A stretch of 33,353 nucleotides of DNA, taken from assembly GCA_004347965.1 (NCBI GenBank), contig QNVF01000012.1, forward strand, positions 1-33,353, written 5' to 3'. This document shows positions 17,319 through 26,198 of the stretch, piece after piece. How positions within the stretch are numbered: position 1 is the stretch's first letter; every line of letters begins with the position of its first letter. The notes beneath the pieces are model-generated. The model saw only the letters and a program-made list of their open reading frames with translations, ran no database searches and was not told the DNA's origin. The position numbers and the translations under genes were made by a program. This DNA is from Candidatus Nezhaarchaeota archaeon WYZ-LMO8 (GTDB lineage Archaea > Thermoproteota > Methanomethylicia > Nezhaarchaeales > WYZ-LMO8).

Positions 17319-18758
17319 TTATGCTAGCTCATTAACCTTCTTCAATCCCCATTCAAGTAATCTCTTAGTTAGCTCTGGCTTCTCTGATTCAGCGTAAACT
17401 CTAATTACAGGCTCAGTTCCCGATGGTCTTATGAGGAGCCAGCCTTTCTCCGTTATGAACTTCACGCCATCTATCTTACTAATTCTCTCAACGTGAAGGC
17501 CCTCTATGCTATCTGGCTCGAGCCCATCTAAGGCGTCTTTAAGCACTTGAAGTCTACGTTCATCGACGATACGAACCTTCCCCCTCAGACTATGCATTAA
17601 TTTATGTTCTTTGCCAATCTCATCAATTAAGTCCTCAAGTCTTCTCTTTCCAGATAAAGCTAAAGCTTCAATTATGTAGAGACACGTTAATACTCCATCT
17701 TTCTCAGGAATATGCCACTTGTAGCCGAAGCCGCCGCTCTCCTCACCACCCATAATTGCTTCTCCCATCAGTAAGTAGGGTGCTATGTTTTTGAATCCTA
17801 CAGGTACTTCATAAGTCTTCAAGCCATTCTTAGTAGCTACTTCATCGATCATATGAGTTGTAGCAACAGTCCTGACTACTCCCCCTCTAATTCCTTTTGT
17901 TAGCATGGACTTAAGTAATATGGGGAATAGCGTGTTGGGCGATATGTATGTTTTAGAGTAAGCTGAAGCTCTATCTCCATCACCATCAGTTGCTAAACCG
18001 ACATTCACATCCTGCATGAAGAATATCATGTCGTCGATCATTTCGGGTAACGTCGGGTCCGGCGTTTTACCACCAAAGAAGTAGTCCTTCTCGCACCTCA
18101 TACGCTTGACTTCGCACCCAGCTCTTACCAAAGCTTCATCCAAGAAGCCTATTGTGGAGCCATGAAGGGGGTTGACTAGAACTTTAAGATTAGCTCTCCT
18201 AATCGCATCCACATCTATTAACGATAGAATCCAGCCGATATACTCCTCCTTAAAGTCCACGTATGCTATTAAGCCTTTCTTGTCAGCATCACTAATACTG
18301 ATAGAACTTACCTTCACCCTCGAAATCTGCTCTTCGATCTCTTGAGTTATCTCAGTCGAGGCTGGACCACCATAGTGCGGTATGAACTTTATCCCATTGT
18401 ACTCAGGCGGATTATGGGATGCAGTGATCATGATGGCTCCCCCGGCTCTTAGTTTAACGGTCGCGAAAGCAACTACTGGTGTTGGCGTATCACGAGTCAT
18501 CACGTATGCAGGGATACAGTTTCCAGCAAGAACTTCCACGCATGCTTTAGCATACTGCTCAGAGCCTTTTCGAGAATCATATCCAATAACTATGCCATAC
18601 CTAGCAAGCCCCCTACTAATGACATACTCAGCAATTGCTTGAGCAACCATCTTGACCCTATCGATTGTGAAGTCCTTATCCATTACCCCCCTCCAACCAT
18701 CAGTGCCAAACCTTATGGTCAAGCCGGTCACCACACGAAGTTGACAACAAGAGTTCAA
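17319..18758 (-). CDS. Phosphoglucomutase/phosphomannomutase
   Basis: FGTDGWRG, TASHNP, DGDGDR, GEESGG and RPSGTEP motifs; true start is probably ~25-40 nt downstream of the track start. Confidence 0.93.
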   Translation of the reverse strand: MNSCCQLRVVTGLTIRFGTDGWRGVMDKDFTIDRVKMVAQAIAEYVISRGLARYGIVIGYDSRKGSEQYAKACVEVLAGNCIPAYVMTRDTPTPVVAFATVKLRAGGAIMITASHNPPEYNGIKFIPHYGGPASTEITQEIEEQISRVKVSSISISDADKKGLIAYVDFKEEYIGWILSLIDVDAIRRANLKVLVNPLHGSTIGFLDEALVRAGCEVKRMRCEKDYFFGGKTPDPTLPEMIDDMIFFMQDVNVGLATDGDGDRASAYSKTYISPNTLFPILLKSMLTKGIRGGVVRTVATTHMIDEVATKNGLKTYEVPVGFKNIAPYLLMGEAIMGGEESGGFGYKWHIPEKDGVLTCLYIIEALALSGKRRLEDLIDEIGKEHKLMHSLRGKVRIVDERRLQVLKDALDGLEPDSIEGLHVERISKIDGVKFITEKGWLLIRPSGTEPVIRVYAESEKPELTKRLLEWGLKKVNELA

Positions 18759-19015
18759 TGAGTAATTGAGATTTATGAGGGTATAAAAAGTAATTTGTAG
18801 TGGATCTTGAAAGTAAAGTGAATAATAACATCAAATATTCAAACCTCATCACGATGTTTGATGCTCGGTAACTCTTAAAGGGGTCTCTTAAGGGGGCTAG
18901 GAAATCTTCGTTCTTAAACAGGGGGCGATAAGATAAGTAACGCCGAGAGCTTAACCTCCGTAGTCAATTATTATATATGAAGATTTCTAAAATTAGTTAT
19001 TACTATCTGTGACCA

Positions 19016-19294
19016 TCAATATTCCTTAATTCTACTTCTCCACGTACTTTTTAGCTCACTAACTTTATCTACAAACCAGACACTTCTTCCACTTATTACT
19101 CTATGATGAAACTCGCTCTTGAAGCGCATGATTTCATTCTTGTATTCATCAAACCTCTTGAAGACTCTAACCTCGGTTTCTCTTCTCCGAACTTTATTCT
19201 TGCATATTGGACATTGATATATCTTAGTTAAAGTGAAGAACTTTGAACCGCAGTTGCCACAGTTGTATTCGTGGATTTTTATGACGTAGTTCAC
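19016..19294 (-). CDS. Small zinc-ribbon protein, hypothetical
   Basis: CGNC-x12-CPIC motif; GTG at 19294 with GGTGG upstream, in frame with the track ORF. Confidence 0.6.
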   Translation of the reverse strand: MNYVIKIHEYNCGNCGSKFFTLTKIYQCPICKNKVRRRETEVRVFKRFDEYKNEIMRFKSEFHHRVISGRSVWFVDKVSELKSTWRSRIKEY

Positions 19295-19336
19295 GGTACC
19301 ACCTTGATCGAGGTAGTACACCTGAATGAAACTTAG

Positions 19337-19470
19337 TAATGAGAGGTTTTTGGCTTTGCGTGAAAACTTCATTTAAAAACTTCAAAAGGTTTGCAACCGG
19401 TTTTCTCAATAAACTCTGCAATCGTCGAAAAATAGTTATTGAGAGAACCTTATTGAGAAGATAATGAGAA
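19337..19470. repeat. Clustered TATTGAGA/TAATGAGA repeats including a 14-bp inverted repeat
   Basis: GGTTTTCTCAATAA 19399-19412 / TTATTGAGAGAACC 19436-19449 (1 mismatch); further copies at 19450-19459, 19462-19470 and 19337-19344. Confidence 0.6.
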
Positions 19471-19634
19471 TTCACGAACTCCAGCAGAAAGCTATTTTTA
19501 AGATTCTTAGTTCTGCCGGAAATCGCAGAGTGAATCGTAATAAGCTAAAAAATTTACGTCTCTTAGAGATAGCTTCTTACTCAATTGCTTTGCGTATCGA
19601 CATTTTGACCTTCATTACAGTACTAGCTAATATA

Positions 19635-19847
19635 TTAGCTTCGTTTCCTCAATGAAGTTCTCGAGCGAAGTCGCATTAAGCTATGGAAGTTCATGTCCTC
19701 TATTGACTCACGATGAACCTCCTTTTTTAAGAGCTCCCGTAAAGCGGTCCTTATCACCTCGCTTCTTGACGGATAAATCCCTGCTTTGACGAGATCATCT
19801 AATTCTCTAAGGTATGCTTCAGGTATCTTAACTGTTATTATCCTCAT
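19635..19847 (-). CDS. Ribbon-helix-helix regulator, aCcr1/CdrS-like
   Basis: MRIITVKIPEAYLRELDDLVKAGIYPSRSEVIRTALRELL matches the small archaeal RHH cell-division regulator pattern; GGTGA RBS. Confidence 0.85.
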   Translation of the reverse strand: MRIITVKIPEAYLRELDDLVKAGIYPSRSEVIRTALRELLKKEVHRESIEDMNFHSLMRLRSRTSLRKRS

Positions 19848-19913
19848 CTAATCACCCATAACGTAGAAGTAGATCGCCAAATAAAAGGATAAGTTAAATT
19901 CTCGACTTACATA

Positions 19914-19994
19914 TCAATGATCATTCTTAAAGCCGGCTTTAAACAATCCTCACAATGGAGAGGTCAATGATTATCGTCGAAGTCATGTGATCAC
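19914..19994. promoter_or_regulatory. Palindromic operator candidates between the RHH gene and tes
   Basis: Perfect 16-bp palindrome TTAAAGCCGGCTTTAA at 19927-19942; AATGATCATT at 19916-19925; GTGATCAC at 19987-19994; TCAATGAT repeated at 19914 and ~19964. Confidence 0.45.
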
Positions 19995-20132
19995 GCACTA
20001 ACAAATTATTAGAATCTTAAACTGGTTATTTAAGAGACTCCGAAACAGAGACTACCCAAGATCATTTATCATTATTTTCTCAGATAAGCTTATAATGAGC
20101 TAAGAGTTGTGTTAGGCTAGTCTCGGTGAAAT

Positions 20133-21605
20133 TTGTTGAGACCTATAAAGAAGACTAAGAGCTTGTGTCCCGAGTGCCTTCAAGTAATAGAGGCTCTTGT
20201 GTATGAGGAGAATAATTGTGTGTACATCTCTAAATCATGTCCTCAACATGGTGATTACGTGGACATTTACTGGAGCGACTATGAGCTTTATCGTAGATCT
20301 GAGAAATGGAATATTGTAGGCAGTGGAGTATTGAATTTCCAAAAGAAGAGGGAGAAGGGATGCCCCTATGATTGTGGATTATGTGAGAACCATAAGACTT
20401 GCACCGTACTGGGCATAATAGACGTTACGAACCGTTGCAATCTTAACTGCCCCATATGCTTCGCTCATGCAGGAGCAGTTGGTTACCTCTACGAACCCAG
20501 TAAGGACCAGATAAGGCATATGTTGAGGAATCTTAGAGAATTAAAACCCATACCACCAACAGCTCTTCAATACTCTGGCGGAGAGCCAACCGTTAGAAGA
20601 GATTTACCTGAACTTGTCGCCATGGCGAAGGAGGAGGGATTTAGGCACGTAGAGGTTAACAGCAATGGCATTCTATTGGCTAAAGACCTAGAATTCTACA
20701 AGAGCTTGCTTGACGCGGGCATGTCAACCATATACCTACAATTTGATGGTCTAACCGACGACATTTACATAAAGACGAGGGGGGTCCCGCTTTTAGATGT
20801 AAAAATGAGGGTTATAGAGAATGCTAGGAAATTAAAGCATGACTCCGTAGTCCTCGTGGTAACCTTAGTGAGAGGGGTAAACGATCATCAAATTGGTGAC
20901 ATAATAAGGTTTGCAGCTAAGAACTGCGATGTTGTTAGGGGGATTAATGTCCAGCCAGTCTCAATAACTGGTAGGATCAATAGAGCGGAGAGGGAGAGAA
21001 TGAGGATAACCATCCCAGACTTCATGAAGTTATGTGAGGAGCAGACGAATGGAGCCATTAAGATCTCAGACTTTAGGCCAGTGCCATGGCCAGTAGCCTT
21101 AGCTAGAGCTGTTGGCTTGCTTAAAGGTAAGGGCTATCCAGAGTTCACAGCTCACCCACACTGTGGAGTTGCTACATTCTTCCTAGTTGAGGACGATGAT
21201 ATAGTACCGATCACAAGGTACGCTGATGTCGACAAGTTAGAGGAAGATTTTTGGGAAGTCTATAAGCTTGCATCCAGCGGTAAGAAGTTTAAAGCATATC
21301 TAAAATTGATTAGAGCTAGTGGTCGCGTAAGAGGTAAGCTCAGGAGATACTTGTTAAGCGTTCTGATTAGAGGGTCTTACAGCGCATTAGGAGAGCTTAT
21401 GAGGAGAATGGTGTTACTGGGCTGCATGCACTTCATGGATCCCTACAACTTCGATCTTGAGAGAGTTGAGAGATGCTGCATCCACTATGCCCTACCTGAT
21501 GGAACCATAAGACCTTTCTGCTCTTACAACAGCATTCATAGGCAAACGGTAGAGAGAGCTTTAAGCATACCTTATCCAATTAAGGTTGAAAGCCGAGCCG
21601 TTTAA
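20133..21605 (+). CDS. tes: Tetraether lipid synthase (GDGT-MAS, MJ0619-family radical SAM)
   Basis: N-terminal SLCPEC...CPQHG; CPYDCGLCxxH; CNLNCPICFA radical SAM motif; HPHCG; C-terminal FMDPYNFDLERVERCCIHY...PFC. Confidence 0.9.
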   Translation: MLRPIKKTKSLCPECLQVIEALVYEENNCVYISKSCPQHGDYVDIYWSDYELYRRSEKWNIVGSGVLNFQKKREKGCPYDCGLCENHKTCTVLGIIDVTNRCNLNCPICFAHAGAVGYLYEPSKDQIRHMLRNLRELKPIPPTALQYSGGEPTVRRDLPELVAMAKEEGFRHVEVNSNGILLAKDLEFYKSLLDAGMSTIYLQFDGLTDDIYIKTRGVPLLDVKMRVIENARKLKHDSVVLVVTLVRGVNDHQIGDIIRFAAKNCDVVRGINVQPVSITGRINRAERERMRITIPDFMKLCEEQTNGAIKISDFRPVPWPVALARAVGLLKGKGYPEFTAHPHCGVATFFLVEDDDIVPITRYADVDKLEEDFWEVYKLASSGKKFKAYLKLIRASGRVRGKLRRYLLSVLIRGSYSALGELMRRMVLLGCMHFMDPYNFDLERVERCCIHYALPDGTIRPFCSYNSIHRQTVERALSIPYPIKVESRAV

Positions 21606-22491
21606 CATGACTAAGAGAAGCTTGCTGCAAGAGTTAGCCAAGAATTTTGTACCACCAAACTTATTAAACCTAGTACCCAAGGGCTTCGAAGTAATAGGAG
21701 GCATCGCCATCTTAAACCTACCAAGAGAGTTAGAGGAGCATAAGTTTGAGATAGCTGAAGCACTTCTCAATTACTTAAAGCCTAGAATTAGACTTGTCGT
21801 TAGAAGAAGTTCTCCAGCAAGAGACCCTGAAAGAGTCCATAGCTACGAGGTCTTAGCTGGATCCGGCGGCTTCGAGACGCTTCACAGAGAGAGCGGGTGC
21901 ACCTTCAAAGTTGACGTATCAAAGGTATTCTTCACCTCTAGGCTTCAATACGAGAGGTTAAGAATAGCGAACCTCGTTAAGCCGGGTGAAACCATAATTA
22001 ACATGTTCGCGGGAGTTGGCCCCTTCTCAATAGTGATTGCGAAGAAGGTTCCTGGAGTAAAGGTGTATTCAATAGACATAAACCCTGAGGCTTACAAGCT
22101 CATGGTGGAGAACGTGAAGTTAAATAAAGTAGAGGATAAAGTCATACCTCTATTGGGGGACGCAGGAGAAGTTATAGATCAATATGATCTTAAAGGCATA
22201 GCAGATAGAGTTTTAATGCCTTCTCCAGAACACGCCATCAACTACTTAAGCAAAGCCGTCGAAGCCTTGAAAGTTAAAGGTGTTGTACATTACTATGATG
22301 TAGCTTGTCAAGTGAAAAGTCTCAACGATCACCTTACGAGTAGGATTTCATCGATTCTTAATGGTGCGGGCATTAAATGGGAGGTGAGGACCATCAGAGT
22401 AATAAGATCCGTGGCTCCTTTAAAGATCTATTTATGTGCTGATGTACACCTAGATAAAGGGCTCAAGTTGATAGCTAAACAGCCCTTTTAG
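21586..22491 (+). CDS. Trm5/Tyw2 (Met-10+) family tRNA methyltransferase
   Basis: FEVIGGIAI, HRESGCTFKVD, FFTSRLQYER, NMFAGVGPF, IDINP and DRVLMPSP motifs. Confidence 0.88.
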   Translation: MKAEPFNMTKRSLLQELAKNFVPPNLLNLVPKGFEVIGGIAILNLPRELEEHKFEIAEALLNYLKPRIRLVVRRSSPARDPERVHSYEVLAGSGGFETLHRESGCTFKVDVSKVFFTSRLQYERLRIANLVKPGETIINMFAGVGPFSIVIAKKVPGVKVYSIDINPEAYKLMVENVKLNKVEDKVIPLLGDAGEVIDQYDLKGIADRVLMPSPEHAINYLSKAVEALKVKGVVHYYDVACQVKSLNDHLTSRISSILNGAGIKWEVRTIRVIRSVAPLKIYLCADVHLDKGLKLIAKQPF

Positions 22492-22747
22492 TTTTGTAAA
22501 CTGTAACTTGATCGATGCTCCTTATAGCTGCACTATTTTGGGATATTATTCTAACTACTTCATCAAAGTCTATGTTGGTGCCCACTATGGTTATTTTGAC
22601 GGTCTCAGTCTTTGCATCGACCTCCGTCACGATAACGTCAACTTCTTTAACCCCCTTAGCTGCACATATAGCCTTCGATAATTCAGTTATTGGTACCTCC
22701 CTTGGCTTTAGAGCATCTATCAGAACCTTCCTTATCGATATGGACAT
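22475..22747 (-). CDS. DUF211 family protein
   Basis: IRKVLIDALKP...EVDAKTE...AIRSIDQV pattern; typically paired with the adjacent membrane gene. Confidence 0.8.
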   Translation of the reverse strand: MSISIRKVLIDALKPREVPITELSKAICAAKGVKEVDVIVTEVDAKTETVKITIVGTNIDFDEVVRIISQNSAAIRSIDQVTVYKTKRAV

Positions 22748-22762
22748 GGTCCATCCCCAACA

Positions 22763-23446
22763 CTATATGTATGCTCCTAACAGAACTATAACAATTGCTG
22801 ATGTCACGCCAGCGAGCATCATGTACAACATGTATCCTAAAGGTCTCTTCTTAGCTATCCTGCCCAAGAAGAAGCCTAACAGGCCTAAAACGATTATACC
22901 CACCAATAGTGAGACGAGAGACGCTACGGTGAAACTAAAATTAAACAATTGGGAGAGCATTAAGGGGACGCTAAGTGCAATGCAAGCTATCAATGGTGAA
23001 ATACCGTCAATAATTGAGACCACCAGAACAGCTAACTTCGACAACCGTTCATAGAGGGATCCCTTCATGTCTTGAAACATAGCCTCTTCAAGCTCACGAA
23101 TTTTCCTCTCCCTCTCAGCTTTTTCGGTCAGATACGCTCCCAGCGACCCCGAAAAGAACATTGCTAAGCCGGCTGCAAGAACAGTCTTAATGGCTACTCT
23201 CGGATCATCTACACCTGAAACCCACATACCAATTATTACTCCCAGAGCTGCTAAAGTGCCATCAAACATATTCATGACGAAGTACCTTCTACATATTTCA
23301 GCAACGCCACTTATAGTCAACATGTTCTTGATGCTAGTGCCACTAAATTTACGACGTAGTAGCCGAATTGGTAGGGTGATACTGAGGAATTTTGACTTTA
23401 CATTTAACGCTTTAATAACTAACCTATCCTTCCCATCTTCATTCAT
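22763..23446 (-). CDS. VIT1/CCC1-like membrane protein (TIGR00267 type)
   Basis: RRYFVMNMFDG, SGSLGAYLTEKAER and IDGISP motifs with multiple TM helices. Confidence 0.82.
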   Translation of the reverse strand: MNEDGKDRLVIKALNVKSKFLSITLPIRLLRRKFSGTSIKNMLTISGVAEICRRYFVMNMFDGTLAALGVIIGMWVSGVDDPRVAIKTVLAAGLAMFFSGSLGAYLTEKAERERKIRELEEAMFQDMKGSLYERLSKLAVLVVSIIDGISPLIACIALSVPLMLSQLFNFSFTVASLVSLLVGIIVLGLLGFFLGRIAKKRPLGYMLYMMLAGVTSAIVIVLLGAYI

Positions 23447-23555
23447 ACGTAATAGCGCGAGATCATCTTACGCAAGGACTTTTAAGCTTTTCCTGACACA
23501 TTGTCAGCTAAAATATCAGAAAATTTATTAGCCTTTAAGTGAAAAAGGTGTAGGC

Positions 23556-25160
23556 TTGTGGAGGTTCAGCGTATGGGTGGTCGTCAAATCAAAGTTTATT
23601 GAAATTTACGATACAACACTTAGAGACGGAGCTCAAGGAATGAGAGTGAACTTCTCGCTTCAAGACAAAATAAGCTTAACTTTAAAGCTTGACGAGTTTG
23701 GAATTCCCTTCATTGAAGGAGGTTGGCCCTTTTCCAATCCGAAGGATGAAGAGTACTTCAAGGCTATGAAGGAATATCCTTTAAGGCAAGCAAAGATAGT
23801 TGCTTTTGGAAGCACAAGGAGGAAGAATGTAAAGGCTGAGAACGACGAGAACCTCAACGCCATAATAAAATGCGACGTTGAGTATGCGGCGATAGTAGGC
23901 AAGTCGTGGATACTTCACGTTAAAGAAGTCTTGAGAGCTAAGCGTCGCGAAAACCTAGATATGATTTACGATTCAATAAGCTACTTGAGGTCTCATGGGA
24001 TAAAAGTAATTTTCGATGCTGAGCACTTCTACGATGGCTACAAAGAGGATCCAGAATACGCAGTTAAAGTCCTAGAAGCTGCTAGAGAAGCTGGAGCTGA
24101 GAGATTAGTTCTATGTGACACCAATGGAGGAGCCTTAACTCACGAGATCTACGAAATAACCAAGAAGATACGTGAAAAATTTGGAGATATCATAGGAGTA
24201 CACTGTCACAACGACTCTGGCTTAGCTGTAGCTAACAGCTTAATGGCAGTGATGGCAGGGGCCATGCATGTTCAGGGAACATTTAACGGTATTGGAGAAA
24301 GATGTGGAAATGCAGACCTATGCCAGATAATACCTGCTCTAGAGATCAAAATGGGCTATAAGGCCTTGAATTCCACATCTAACAGCCTCAAGGATCTCAA
24401 GAGACTATCAACCTTCGTGTATAACCTAATGGGGATGGAGCCTAACCCTTACCAACCATATACTGGGCAGTACGCGTTCGCCCATAAAGCTGGTCTTCAC
24501 AGCGATGGAGTAATGAAGGTGTCAAGAGCGTACGAACATATCGATCCAGAGCTTGTAGGCAACGAGAGGTTCATAGCTGTATCGGAAGTCTCAGGTAGAT
24601 CTGCTATCGCTTATAGAGCTAAGAAGCTAGGTCTAAGCTTAGATGAAAATGACGCTATTGTTCTTAAGGTATTGAGGATGGTTAAGGAGCTCGAAGCTGC
24701 AGGCAAGATATTTGATGAAGCTGATGGCTCGCTTTACCTATTGATCTTGAAGACGATGAATAAATACAAGCCACACTTTGAAGTGCTATCCTGGATCGTG
24801 ACCAGTAGAGCAAGCAAGGCTGGTGTAAGATCCATATGCGATGTGAAGCTCAAGGTTAAAGATAAGATTGTTACCAGTATAGCTGAAGGAGTAGGGCCAG
24901 TGCACGCACAAGACTTAGCGTTAATTAAAGCGTTAAAGTCAGAGTATCCAGATCTTGAGAAGATTAGCTTAATAAACTATAGGGTATCGATAGTTGGTAA
25001 AAGCATGGGGACGGCCTCTGTCGTTAGAGTGCTCATAGAGTTCAAAGGAGATGGGGAGTATTGGACAACGATAGGATCTTCAGCTAACATACTCGAAGCA
25101 AGCATGGAAGCTTTAACAGAAGGATACGAGTACTACCTTCATAGACGTGAGACTTCGTGA
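23556..25160 (+). CDS. cimA: Citramalate synthase (DRE-TIM family)
   Basis: DTTLRDGAQ, EGGWPFSNPKD, AFGSTRR, FDAEHFYDGY, HCHND, GERCGNAD and FAHKAGLH motifs; exact start uncertain. Confidence 0.88.
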   Translation: MWRFSVWVVVKSKFIEIYDTTLRDGAQGMRVNFSLQDKISLTLKLDEFGIPFIEGGWPFSNPKDEEYFKAMKEYPLRQAKIVAFGSTRRKNVKAENDENLNAIIKCDVEYAAIVGKSWILHVKEVLRAKRRENLDMIYDSISYLRSHGIKVIFDAEHFYDGYKEDPEYAVKVLEAAREAGAERLVLCDTNGGALTHEIYEITKKIREKFGDIIGVHCHNDSGLAVANSLMAVMAGAMHVQGTFNGIGERCGNADLCQIIPALEIKMGYKALNSTSNSLKDLKRLSTFVYNLMGMEPNPYQPYTGQYAFAHKAGLHSDGVMKVSRAYEHIDPELVGNERFIAVSEVSGRSAIAYRAKKLGLSLDENDAIVLKVLRMVKELEAAGKIFDEADGSLYLLILKTMNKYKPHFEVLSWIVTSRASKAGVRSICDVKLKVKDKIVTSIAEGVGPVHAQDLALIKALKSEYPDLEKISLINYRVSIVGKSMGTASVVRVLIEFKGDGEYWTTIGSSANILEASMEALTEGYEYYLHRRETS

Positions 25161-25234
25161 AGTAATGTAAGCAAACCCCACCTTTAATCGGCGGTCTTAA
25201 GGTTTATAAGTTGTAGGCTATCTAATAACAAACT

Positions 25235-25651
25235 TTGGATGCACCTTGTTTCGAGAGCCTAAAAACTCTTAGGATTAAGGCTCTCACAGAGAAGATGTCT
25301 GTAGAGGACGTGATGCGATGTCTCTTAGGTTTAAGTAGAGATGAAGTGAAGACATACTTCATGCTCCTCAACAACTCCATGACTATTGACGAAATAGCTG
25401 AAGTTCTCGGTAAAAGCAAGCCTACTGCTTACAGGATAGCCGTTAAGCTTACTAAAATGGGGCTATTGGTGAGAAAGCCTCACATAATGGAGAAGGGAGG
25501 CTACTACTACAAGTATGAAGCAGTAGAGCCTGAAACGATTAAGAGGGGGATTCAAGAAGTACTAAATGTAGTATGCAAGAAGGTCTTAGAGGCTTTAAGC
25601 CAAGACTTTGCAGAAGTTAAGAGAAAACTTCACGAATCAACAAGTAGGTAA
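25235..25651 (+). CDS. TrmB-like winged-helix transcriptional regulator (COG3355 type)
   Basis: MRCLLGLS, TIDEIAEVLGKSKPTAYR...L.KMGLL.R and GGYYYKY motifs; directly upstream of the fwd/hdr cluster. Confidence 0.8.
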   Translation: MDAPCFESLKTLRIKALTEKMSVEDVMRCLLGLSRDEVKTYFMLLNNSMTIDEIAEVLGKSKPTAYRIAVKLTKMGLLVRKPHIMEKGGYYYKYEAVEPETIKRGIQEVLNVVCKKVLEALSQDFAEVKRKLHESTSR

Positions 25652-25728
25652 TTGTAGATAGTTTGAGGCTCGACAAACACTTAACTAGTTGTCTGATAAG
25701 TTGCTAAAGAGCTAGTGGGAGATAGGCT

Positions 25729-26196
25729 TTGTCGAGTAGGATTTCTCCTCTACAAGTCTACAAATTCCTGCCGGGACTAAATTGCAAGAAGTGTGGCACG
25801 ACGTGCATGGGCTTTGCGGTCAAGCTAATAAGCCGACAAGCAAAAATTGAAGACTGTCCTCCACTGGTTAACGATCCTAAGTACTCCGATAAACTTACTA
25901 AGTTGAGGGACCTATTAGCTCCATTAACTTCAGCTACTGAAACATTAGTTCAAATAGATTCCGATAAGTGTATTGGATGCGGTAACTGCATCGTGGCTTG
26001 TCCCGAGAACATCATTTTAGATCCTCCATCAGCTAGAGGCTGTAATTCTAAGAGTCCCAATGCTTTATGGACCGTGGAAGATGGAAAGATAAAAGTCTTG
26101 CATCTAGAGAAGTGTAGGCGTTACCCACCCTCAAGAATGAACTGTAACGTCTGCGAAATAGTTTGCTATAGTGGAGCGATTAAGGTTGTGGCTTAA
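25729..26196 (+). CDS. fwdG: FwdG-like ferredoxin with N-terminal Fe-S (CdhE/RnfB-type) domain
   Basis: LPGLNCKKCGTTCMGFA...CP domain, then CIGCGNCIVACPEN...VEDGKI...CNVCEIVC typical of FwdG. Confidence 0.75.
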   Translation: MSSRISPLQVYKFLPGLNCKKCGTTCMGFAVKLISRQAKIEDCPPLVNDPKYSDKLTKLRDLLAPLTSATETLVQIDSDKCIGCGNCIVACPENIILDPPSARGCNSKSPNALWTVEDGKIKVLHLEKCRRYPPSRMNCNVCEIVCYSGAIKVVA

Positions 26197-26198
26197 AG

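Noticed and set aside
18760..19630. CRISPR array, MITE or IS remnant in the AT-rich region
   Set aside because: Repeats are only 8-14 bp and irregularly spaced; no transposase, cas gene or target-site duplication was seen.
19224..19655. ORFs 19224..19475 (-) and 19464..19655 (+)
   Set aside because: Short, motif-free, run through the repeat array and overlap better-supported genes.
22515..23531. Long antisense ORFs such as 22515..23054, 23190..23531, 2588..3055, 9794..10192 and 29637..30011
   Set aside because: They overlap well-supported genes on the opposite strand and have no motifs.
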